From positions 1,920,001-1,952,000 of the forward strand of contig NZ_CP036280.1 in the NCBI RefSeq assembly GCF_007748075.1: 32,000 nt of DNA. Direction: 5' to 3'. Every line of letters starts with the position of its first letter. Position 1 is the first letter of the stretch. This document shows, one piece after another, positions 8,568-15,836 of the stretch. The position numbers and the translations under genes are program-made. The notes below the pieces were generated by a model. The model made no database searches. It was not told where the DNA came from and saw only the letters and a list, made by a program, of their open reading frames with translations. This DNA is from Mucisphaera calidilacus. Its GTDB lineage: Bacteria; Planctomycetota; Phycisphaerae; Phycisphaerales; Phycisphaeraceae.

Positions 8568-8643
8568 GGTCGTATTCTAGGGCGGTGCGTGCTGGTGTGC
8601 GGGTCCGATTGACGGTCGTCTGAAAGACGGGGAGACTGAGGCG

Positions 8644-9594
8644 ATGCGAACACTTCTCCTGCTGTTGTGCCTGTTGCTGGCTGGTTGTGCGTCATCGGGT
8701 GGTTCGGGGTCGACGGCTCCGGCGTCTTCGTCTCCGCCCAGTGTGGTGGCTTATGTGGGTGGCGACCGCGTGAGTCAGTCGGATCTGTATGCGTTGATCG
8801 CTCCGGAGTCGCGAGCGGCGGCGTTGGCGAACTACGTGATTCAGCGTGGTGTTGATCGGCGGCTGTCGTCGTTGGGTCTGGCGATCACGGAGGTTGAGGT
8901 GGACGCGGAGCGTGAGCGTCTGCTGCGGACGCTGAGTGAGGATCCGGACGAGGCGGCGCGGCTGCTGGAGTCGCTGCGTCAGGAGCGTGGTCTGGACCGG
9001 GAGGCGTTTGAGCGGACGCTGCATCAGACGGCGGGGCTGCGTGCGGTGGTGGCTCCGGACGTGGAGGTGACGGACGAGGCGATCGAGCGTGCTTATGAGC
9101 TTCGCTACGGGCCGCGGGTCCAGGCTCGGATCATCACGGTCGAGCGTCTGGCGGAGGCGTCGGAGGTGATGCGTCGTCTGCAGGAGGGTGAGGGTTTTTT
9201 CGCGACGATCGCGGGCGAGGTTTCGACCGATCCTTCTGCGGTGCGTGGCGGGCTGCTTGATCCTTTGAGTCCGCTTGACCCGACGCTGCCGGACGCGATT
9301 CGTGCGTCGCTGCGGTCGCTGCCTGACCGCCCTGCCGGCTTGTCGGACATCCTGACGCTGGAGCGTGGCTTTGCGATTCTCAAGTATGAGCGGACGGTGT
9401 TGCCTGACACGCGGACGCTGGATGAGCTTCGTGACGAGCTGGCGATCTCGGTGCGGATGCGTGCGGAGTCGCTTCGGATGCGGGAGCTGGCGCGGGTGCT
9501 GCTGACGGAGGTGGAGATCACGATGCTTGATTCGCGGCTGCAGGAGGCGTGGACGCGACGTGTGCGTCAGATGGAGACCGACATCGTTCCGTGA
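8644..9594 (+). CDS. Lipoprotein with SurA-N-like and parvulin-type PPIase domains (PrsA/PpiC-like)
   Basis: The lipobox is MRTLLLLLCLLLAGC|ASS. The C-terminal half (ARIITVERLAEASEVMRRLQEGEGFFATIAGEVSTDPSAVRGGLL..GFAILKYE) resembles a rotamase domain. Confidence 0.65.
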   Translation: MRTLLLLLCLLLAGCASSGGSGSTAPASSSPPSVVAYVGGDRVSQSDLYALIAPESRAAALANYVIQRGVDRRLSSLGLAITEVEVDAERERLLRTLSEDPDEAARLLESLRQERGLDREAFERTLHQTAGLRAVVAPDVEVTDEAIERAYELRYGPRVQARIITVERLAEASEVMRRLQEGEGFFATIAGEVSTDPSAVRGGLLDPLSPLDPTLPDAIRASLRSLPDRPAGLSDILTLERGFAILKYERTVLPDTRTLDELRDELAISVRMRAESLRMRELARVLLTEVEITMLDSRLQEAWTRRVRQMETDIVP

Positions 9595-9685
9595 TCGGTC
9601 CTGCGTGGCGCGTCTTCTGTAAGAATGCCGGGTTGCGGGTGGTGGTGTGGTTGTGTGATTACAATCGCGGGGAACACGGAGTGCT

Positions 9686-10885
9686 GTGATGAAGATTCAG
9701 ACTGCTGCGCGGATTGATCGTCTGCCGCCTTACATTCTCGGCCAGCTCAAAACGCTGATTTACGAGCGTCGCAAGGCGGGCGCGGACATCATCGACATGA
9801 ACATGGGCAATCCGTCGGATGCTCCGCCTGACCCGGTGGTGGACAAGATCCGCGAGGCGGTGCTGGACCCGCGGAACTCGCGGTATTCGGCGTCGGCGGG
9901 GATCTACAACCTTCGTCGTGACATGGCGATCAAGTACGAGAAGAAATGGGGTGTGGAGCTGGACCCGGCGACGGAGGTGATCGCGACGATCGGTTCGAAG
10001 GAGGGTTTCAGTCACATGTGCCTGGCGTTGCTGGGCGCGGGGGATATCGCGGTGGTGGCCGACCCGGCGTTCCAGATTCACACCTACGCGGTGGTCCTGG
10101 CGGGCGGGTCGACGGTGACGGTGCCGCTGGGCAACGACGATGCGTTTCTGGAGCGTATTGATCAGGTGCTCGACACGCTGACGCCTCAGCCGAAGGTGGT
10201 GATTCTCAACTATCCGCACAACCCGACGACGCTGACGGTGGAGCCGTCGTTCTTCGAGAAGGTGGTGGAGCTGGCGGAGCGTCATCAGGTGATGATTCTG
10301 CATGATTTTGCTTATGGCGAGACGGCGTTTGATGGCTACCGGCCGCCCAGTTTTCTTCAGGCGAGGGGTGCGAAGGCTTATGGTGTTGAGTTCAGCACGC
10401 TGAGCAAGCCTTACAACATGGCGGGCTGGCGGATCGGTTTTTGTTGCGGTCATCCGGAGATGATCCGGGCTTTGTCGACGATCAAGGGGTATTACGACTA
10501 CGGGATTTTCCAGGCGGTGCAGATCGCGGCGATCATCGCGATGCGTGAGGGTGAGGGGCACATCGAGCGTCAGAACGAGGTGTACGGGAAGCGTCGTGAG
10601 GTTCTGGCCTCGGGCCTGCGGAAGTTTGGCTGGGAGGTTGAGCTGCCGCGAGCGACGATGTTTGTGTGGGCGAAGGTGAATCCGGAGCAGCTGGCGGCGT
10701 ATGGCGGGTCGACGAATGCGTTTTGTCTGGCGATGGTGGACAAGGCGGAGGTGGCGTTGACGCCTGGCGCTGCGTTTGGGCCGAGGGGCGAGGGTTATGT
10801 GCGGATGGCGCTGGTGGAGAACGAGCAGCGTATACGTCAGGCGCTGCGTCAGATGGGTCGTGTGCTGGCGCCGGCGGTGGTTTAG
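9686..10885 (+). CDS. alaC: Class I/II aminotransferase, AlaC (YfdZ)-like
   Basis: It aligns by eye along its full length with E. coli AlaC. Shared blocks include RIDRLPPY, IIDMNMGNP, TIGSKEGFSH, FFEKVVELAERH, LSKPYNMAGWRIGF, IKGYYDYGIF, MFVWAKV and IRQALRQ. The start is GTG 9686 or ATG 9689. Confidence 0.8.
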   Translation: MMKIQTAARIDRLPPYILGQLKTLIYERRKAGADIIDMNMGNPSDAPPDPVVDKIREAVLDPRNSRYSASAGIYNLRRDMAIKYEKKWGVELDPATEVIATIGSKEGFSHMCLALLGAGDIAVVADPAFQIHTYAVVLAGGSTVTVPLGNDDAFLERIDQVLDTLTPQPKVVILNYPHNPTTLTVEPSFFEKVVELAERHQVMILHDFAYGETAFDGYRPPSFLQARGAKAYGVEFSTLSKPYNMAGWRIGFCCGHPEMIRALSTIKGYYDYGIFQAVQIAAIIAMREGEGHIERQNEVYGKRREVLASGLRKFGWEVELPRATMFVWAKVNPEQLAAYGGSTNAFCLAMVDKAEVALTPGAAFGPRGEGYVRMALVENEQRIRQALRQMGRVLAPAVV

Positions 10886-11166
10886 GCTGGGTGTTCGGCG
10901 GCAGCGTCGGGGTCTTTCTCGATGGCGACGAGTCGGAGTTTCCGGCAGTGCGAGCATCGGCCGAGGGTGTATTTGGTGCCGGCGGCGGCGACGCGGATAA
11001 TGCCTGCTTCGGCGGCGGGCTTGTGGTGGCCGCATGTCGTGCAGCGGATGCGCCAGCCGGGCGCGTAGCCTCCGGTGCGGCTGATGATGGCCGAGAGGAT
11101 CGCAAAGAAGCCGAAAAGCGAGAGGAAGAAGAGGGGGATGATCCAGGTGAGGTGGATAGGGTTCAT
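10882..11166 (-). CDS. Small membrane-anchored zinc-ribbon protein (hypothetical)
   Basis: The 94-aa ORF has an N-terminal TM helix (WIIPLFFLSLFGFFAILSAII) followed by CTTCGH ... CSHCRK (CxxC...CxxC). Strongly C-ending codons match other - strand genes. Its stop codon overlaps the alaC stop. No SD is visible. Confidence 0.55.
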   Translation of the reverse strand: MNPIHLTWIIPLFFLSLFGFFAILSAIISRTGGYAPGWRIRCTTCGHHKPAAEAGIIRVAAAGTKYTLGRCSHCRKLRLVAIEKDPDAAAEHPA

Positions 11167-11195
11167 GTCGGGAAGTCGCGGTTCGCGGGTGGTTG

Positions 11196-11224
11196 TTGCG
11201 TGAAATTAATTTTTTTGTTATTGT
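11196..11224 (+). promoter_or_regulatory. Candidate sigma70-type promoter for comM, probably giving a leaderless mRNA
   Basis: TTGCGT (11196-11201), a 17-nt AT-rich spacer and TATTGT (11219-11224) are present. Only 6 nt (ttactc) separate the -10 from the ATG at 11231 and there is no SD. Confidence 0.35.
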
Positions 11225-11230
11225 TTACTC

Positions 11231-12763
11231 ATGCTTGCTCAACTCCACAGCTTCGTGCTTCAGGGCATTGATCCTCTGCCGTGTGAGGTGGAGGTGGATG
11301 TCGGCGAGGAGGGTCTGCCCAAGACGGTGATTGTCGGGCTGCCCGATGCGGCGGTCAAGGAGAGTCTGGAGCGTGTGCGTGCCGCGATCAGCAACTCGGG
11401 GTATCCCTTCCCGATGGCGCGTCTGCTGGTCAATCTCGCGCCGGCGGACATCCGCAAGGAGGGTCCGGCGTACGACCTGCCGATTGCGTTGGGGCTGCTG
11501 CTGGCGGGGGGCGTGATCCAGACGGATCGGCATCGTCGGCTGATGGTGGCGGGTGAGCTGGCGCTGGACGGCCGTGTGCGTCGGGTATCGGGGGCGATCA
11601 ACCTGGCGATCCTGGCCGAGCGGCTGGGGATGGAGGGGGTGATCGTGCCGGCGGAGAACGCGCGGGAGGCGGCGGCGGCGGGTGGTGTGCCGGTGTACCC
11701 GGCGGATTCGCTGGGGAGTGTGGTTTCGTTTCTCAATGGCATTCACGAGATCGAGCCTGCGGCGCGGGTGGACATCGAGGCGTTGCTGGGGGATGCGGAG
11801 CCGGCGGTGGATTTCGGGGCGGTGCGGGGTCAGGAGGCGGCGAAGCGTGCGATGACGGTGGCGGCGGCTGGGGGTCATAATCTGCTGATGCTGGGGCCGG
11901 CGGGGACGGGCAAGTCGATGATGAGCAAGGCGTTGCCCGGGATCCTTCCGCCTCTGACGCGTGAGGAGGCGCTGGAGATCACGCGGATTTACTCGGCGGT
12001 GGGTCAGATCCCGGCGGGTCAGAGTCTGGTGACGCGTCGGCCGGTGCGGACGCCTCACCACACGGCGTCGGCGGTGGCGGTGGTTGGTGGGGGGACGGTT
12101 CCGCGTCCGGGCGAGATCTCGCTGGCACATCACGGCGTGCTGTTTCTGGATGAGGCGGCGGAGTTCCCGCGTGCGGTGCTGGAGACGCTGCGTCAGCCGC
12201 TTGAGGATGGTGCGGTGACGATCACGCGGATTCATGCGTCGCTACGTTTTCCGGCGCGGTTCATGCTGTTGGCCGCGATGAACCCGACGCCAGGCGGGGG
12301 GACGCCTGACTCGGCGGGTGGCGAGCGGGCGATGGCTCGTTACCTCGGGCGGCTGTCGGGTCCGCTGATGGACCGTGTGGACCTGCATGTTGAGGTGCCG
12401 CCGGTGCCTTTTGACGAGCTGACGACCAAGGCTCGGGGCACGGACACGGCGACGATGCGGGGTCAGGTGCTGGCGGCGCGGTCGATTCAGAGCGAGCGTA
12501 ATGGCGGCGCGCTGCGGCCGAACGCACGGCTGTCGGGGCAGGAACTGGACCGCGTGGCGCGGCTGGAGGGTGAGCCGCTGGGCCTGCTGAAGGAGGCGAT
12601 GGCGGAGTTGGGGTTGAGTGCGCGGGCGTACGACCGGATCCGCAGGGTGTCGCGGACGATTGCGGATCTTGAGGGGGATCCGGAGATCGGTGCGCACCAC
12701 GTGGGCGAGGCGATCGCGTACCGGCTGCTGGACCGTAAGGGGTTGGTGCATTCAGGAGGGTGA
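11231..12763 (+). CDS. comM: YifB/ComM family Mg-chelatase-like AAA+ ATPase
   Basis: The 510-aa ORF has an N-terminal Lon-protease-like domain (VEVDVGEEGLPKTVIVGLPDAAVKESLERV, YDLPIALGLL). Walker A is MLGPAGTGKSM and Walker B is VLFLDEAAEF. The C-terminus reads LSARAYDRIRRVSRTIADLEG. Confidence 0.92.
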   Translation: MLAQLHSFVLQGIDPLPCEVEVDVGEEGLPKTVIVGLPDAAVKESLERVRAAISNSGYPFPMARLLVNLAPADIRKEGPAYDLPIALGLLLAGGVIQTDRHRRLMVAGELALDGRVRRVSGAINLAILAERLGMEGVIVPAENAREAAAAGGVPVYPADSLGSVVSFLNGIHEIEPAARVDIEALLGDAEPAVDFGAVRGQEAAKRAMTVAAAGGHNLLMLGPAGTGKSMMSKALPGILPPLTREEALEITRIYSAVGQIPAGQSLVTRRPVRTPHHTASAVAVVGGGTVPRPGEISLAHHGVLFLDEAAEFPRAVLETLRQPLEDGAVTITRIHASLRFPARFMLLAAMNPTPGGGTPDSAGGERAMARYLGRLSGPLMDRVDLHVEVPPVPFDELTTKARGTDTATMRGQVLAARSIQSERNGGALRPNARLSGQELDRVARLEGEPLGLLKEAMAELGLSARAYDRIRRVSRTIADLEGDPEIGAHHVGEAIAYRLLDRKGLVHSGG

Positions 12764-12849
12764 GGTGGGGAGGGGCAGATCGCACCCCGGATTGACCCCG
12801 TATTGACCCCGGGCTTGCGCCTCGGGCTCGTCGGGGCAGGGAGGCGTGT

Positions 12850-13641
12850 TTACCACCAGCGGAGTCGTTTGATGGAGTCGGTGGTGGTGCCGGGGATGGA
12901 GCGTTTGCGGAGGGTGTAGACGGGGATGTGTGGCGGGCAGAAGGTTCGGAGGGGGAGTGCGATTTCGCCGAGGCCGCGTGAGATGGCGATCTGAGCGTTT
13001 CGGTGGCGGAGGATGCCGGTGGAGAGGGCTTTGGGGAGGTCGCAGGAGTTGGCGAGTGCGATGGAGGGGTGGGGCCGGCACTGTCCGCCGTGGGTGTGCC
13101 CGCAGAAGATGAGGTCGGCTTTGAGGTCGGCGACGGCGGGTGCGTGCGAGGGGTTGTGAACGAGTCCGAGTCGGACGGCGGGTTGGTGGTCGGTGTCGCG
13201 GTCGAGGGCGACGGCGACGGGGTCGAGTCCGGTGGGTGTGATGCCCTGGAGGCCGAAGATTTCGAGGTTGAGGTGGCTGAGGGTGACGGATCGGTTGTTG
13301 AGCCAGGTGATGGGCAGGTCATGGAGGCGTCGAGCGAGGTCGAAGGTGTCGTGGTTGCCGAAGACCCCGAACTGGCCGTGTCGGGGCTTGAGTGCGGAGA
13401 GGATGTCGGTCATGACCTCGGCGGCGGGTTCTTCGTCGCCGGGGTAGGACATGTAGTCGCCTGTGTAGAGGATGAGGTCGAGTCGGACGCGTGCGAGTCG
13501 GTCGATGATGCGGGTGTGGCGGTCGCGTCGTCGGCGGATGTGAAGATCGGTGAGGTGGGCGATACGGATTCCCTCGAGGGCGTCGGGGAGGGTGGGGATG
13601 GCGAGTTCGGTGGCTTCGAGGAGGCCGTAATCGACGGGCAA
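12850..13641 (-). CDS. Metallophosphoesterase (YaeI-like)
   Basis: Calcineurin-like motifs appear in order: HLTDLHI, TGDY, GNHD and CGHTHGGQ. It has a TTG start with a GGAGAC SD 5 nt upstream. Confidence 0.85.
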   Translation of the reverse strand: MPVDYGLLEATELAIPTLPDALEGIRIAHLTDLHIRRRRDRHTRIIDRLARVRLDLILYTGDYMSYPGDEEPAAEVMTDILSALKPRHGQFGVFGNHDTFDLARRLHDLPITWLNNRSVTLSHLNLEIFGLQGITPTGLDPVAVALDRDTDHQPAVRLGLVHNPSHAPAVADLKADLIFCGHTHGGQCRPHPSIALANSCDLPKALSTGILRHRNAQIAISRGLGEIALPLRTFCPPHIPVYTLRKRSIPGTTTDSIKRLRWW

Positions 13642-13757
13642 GGCGAGTCTCCGGTGGCCCGAGGGGCGATTGGGGAGGTGTCAGTCTTGTGGTCCGGGTT
13701 GGCTGGGCTTATCTTTATAGGTGATTAGCGTCTGTACCCCAACGGAGTCGATTCGGC

Positions 13758-14657
13758 ATGGCCAAGATGTTCTATACGCTTGAAGAGGCGGCTGAGAAGC
13801 TGGGTGTCAACGAGGACCGGATCAAGGAGATGGCCAGCGAGGGCCAGATCCAGCAGTTCCGCGACCGCGACAAGTTGATGTTCAAGCGAGATCAGGTTGA
13901 TTCGATGGCGAACACGACGGACCTGGACGAGGGTGGCGAGGCGTCGGAGGCGTCGGGCGGGCCCTTGTCGCTGGCGGACTCGACGGCGGACACCTTTGAG
14001 CTGGCGGACTCTGGCGCGGATGCTCCGTCTCCGGCCGAAGACTCGGGCGTCGAGGGGATGAGTGTTTTCGAGGAAGACGAGGTCAAGGAGGCGGACCCGC
14101 TGGCCGGCACGCAGGTGACGGGCTCGGATCTTGACGATGACCTTCAGCTTGAGCAGGTGGGTTCCTCCGCGGGTTCGGGTCTTCTGGACCTGACCAACGA
14201 GAGCGACGACACGAGCCTGGGCGCGGAGTTGCTGGACGAGATTTATCCGGGCGGCGGCAGCCCGGGCGACACGTCGGTGCAGACGACGACGGACTCGGGG
14301 ATCTTCGGCGCGTCGTCGAGTGGTTCGGCACCGGCGATCGGCGGGGACACGGGCACGTTCACGGACCTGGGTGAGGTTTCGGCGGTCGAGGCGGGCACAC
14401 CGATTGAGACGCTGGCTCCGGTGAGCAGCGGCGGCTCGACGACGGGTGACAAGTTTCTCGGCGGGAGCCTGCTGGGCGTCGTGGTGGCGTTGATCGTGAT
14501 GATGCTGGTGATTCTGCCGGCGTGGTCGGGCAGCGCGAGCGTGGTGACGGATTCGATGGCCTCCAGCCCGATGTACTACGGCATCTGGGTGGGCGGTCTG
14601 GTAGTGGTGTGGCTGATCTGCGGCGTGCTGGGGCTGGTGCTCGGCGGCCGGGACTGA
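13758..14657 (+). CDS. Excisionase/MerR-type HTH protein with acidic disordered linker and C-terminal TM helices
   Basis: The N-terminus is FYTLEEAAEKLGVNEDRIKEMASEGQIQQFRDRDKLMFKRDQVD. About 170 aa of D/E/S/G/T-rich low complexity follow. Two hydrophobic helices end the protein (LLGVVVALIVMMLVILPAW and IWVGGLVVVWLICGVLGLVLGG). Confidence 0.7.
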   Translation: MAKMFYTLEEAAEKLGVNEDRIKEMASEGQIQQFRDRDKLMFKRDQVDSMANTTDLDEGGEASEASGGPLSLADSTADTFELADSGADAPSPAEDSGVEGMSVFEEDEVKEADPLAGTQVTGSDLDDDLQLEQVGSSAGSGLLDLTNESDDTSLGAELLDEIYPGGGSPGDTSVQTTTDSGIFGASSSGSAPAIGGDTGTFTDLGEVSAVEAGTPIETLAPVSSGGSTTGDKFLGGSLLGVVVALIVMMLVILPAWSGSASVVTDSMASSPMYYGIWVGGLVVVWLICGVLGLVLGGRD

Positions 14658-14703
14658 TCGGTACGTTTCCGGAGTTCGAGAGGCTTGAGGTCAGGACGAC
14701 CGT

Positions 14704-15375
14704 GTGATGCTGTGCGCTGGTGCTCGCCGTGAATGGATCACGCTTGTCGTGACGACCGCCCTGCTGGCGGCGGGTGCTGCGGTGCTGGGCTGGTGGTGGG
14801 CGTCGTTGATGATCGTGGTTCTGGGCGGTGTTGTCTTGCTGACCTTCCGCGATCCGAACCGCAACCCCCCTTCTCAGCGTGGCGTGGTGGTGTCGGCGGC
14901 GGACGGGCGTGTGAGTTCGATTCATGTGCTGGAGGATTGTGCGCCGCTTGGCGGGCGTACGTTGTGCGTGAGGGTGTTCCTGTCGCTGCTGAACGTGCAC
15001 GTGGTTCGGATCCCGTGTTACGGTCGGATCGCGTCGATCGAGCATCGGCCTGGGCGGTATGTCTCTGCGTTGAATCCGGCGTCGGTGGAGGAGAATGAGT
15101 CGGTGACGCTGGTGATCGAGCACCCGACGAGCCAGGCTTCGGTGGCGGTGGTGCGTCTGATCGCGGGGCAGTTTGCGCGGACGGTACGTCTGTTCGTGCA
15201 GGAGGGTCAGACGCTACAGCGTGGTCAGCGTCTGGGGATCATCCTGTTGGGATCGACGGCGGAGGTTTACCTGCCGGACGCGGCGGTGGCGGACTGCGTG
15301 GTATCGGAGCAGGATCGTGTGCGTGCGGGCGAGTCGGTGATCGTGGGCGTGCGTGGCGAGGGGTCGGCGTCGTGA
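14704..15375 (+). CDS. psd: Phosphatidylserine decarboxylase family protein (short form)
   Basis: The 223-aa ORF has two N-terminal TM helices and RVFLSLLNVHVVRIPCYG. The LGST self-cleavage motif lies in GIILLGSTAEVYLP. The start is GTG 14704 or ATG 14707. Confidence 0.8.
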   Translation: MMLCAGARREWITLVVTTALLAAGAAVLGWWWASLMIVVLGGVVLLTFRDPNRNPPSQRGVVVSAADGRVSSIHVLEDCAPLGGRTLCVRVFLSLLNVHVVRIPCYGRIASIEHRPGRYVSALNPASVEENESVTLVIEHPTSQASVAVVRLIAGQFARTVRLFVQEGQTLQRGQRLGIILLGSTAEVYLPDAAVADCVVSEQDRVRAGESVIVGVRGEGSAS

Positions 15376-15833
15376 GTGATGCGACCGCGACGGATCTGCG
15401 GATGATGGAACTGGCGTTGACGGCGGCGGACCGGGCGGCGTCACTGGGCGAGGTGCCGATCGGCGCGGTGGTGTACCGGGGTGACGAGGTGCTGGCGGAG
15501 GCGCACAACCTGCGTGAGACGGAGGCGGACCCGACGGCGCACGCGGAGGTGGTGGCGTTGCGTGCGGCGGCGAAGTGTGTGGGTCGCTGGCGTCTGGACG
15601 GGTGCTCGATCGCGGTGACGCTTGAGCCGTGTCCGATGTGCGCGGGGGCGTTGGTGAATGCTCGTGTGGAGCGTCTGGTGTACGGCGTGGATGACCCGAA
15701 GATGGGCTGCGTGCGGACGCTGGGGCGGCTGTGCGAGGAGCCGCGTTTCAATCACCGGCTGGAGGTGATTGCGGGTGTGATGGCGGAGGCGTCGGTCGAG
15801 CGGTTGCGGGCGTTTTTCAGGGCTCGGCGGTGA
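15372..15833 (+). CDS. tadA: tRNA adenosine(34) deaminase
   Basis: The CDA zinc motifs HAEVVALR and PCPMCAGAL are present, along with GEVPIGAVV. The GTG start overlaps the psd stop (GTGA), which suggests translational coupling. Confidence 0.9.
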   Translation: MSDATATDLRMMELALTAADRAASLGEVPIGAVVYRGDEVLAEAHNLRETEADPTAHAEVVALRAAAKCVGRWRLDGCSIAVTLEPCPMCAGALVNARVERLVYGVDDPKMGCVRTLGRLCEEPRFNHRLEVIAGVMAEASVERLRAFFRARR

Positions 15834-15836
15834 GGA

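Noticed and set aside
9659-11035. A 458-aa ORF lies antisense to alaC.
   Set aside because: It has Arg/His/Pro-rich shadow composition, and alaC on the + strand aligns along its full length with a known enzyme.
12791-12811. A tandem direct repeat ATTGACCCCG-t-ATTGACCCCG lies in the convergent comM/metallophosphoesterase intergenic region.
   Set aside because: There are only two short copies, with no convincing hairpin or T-tract and no other copy noticed in the window. It is probably slippage or chance.
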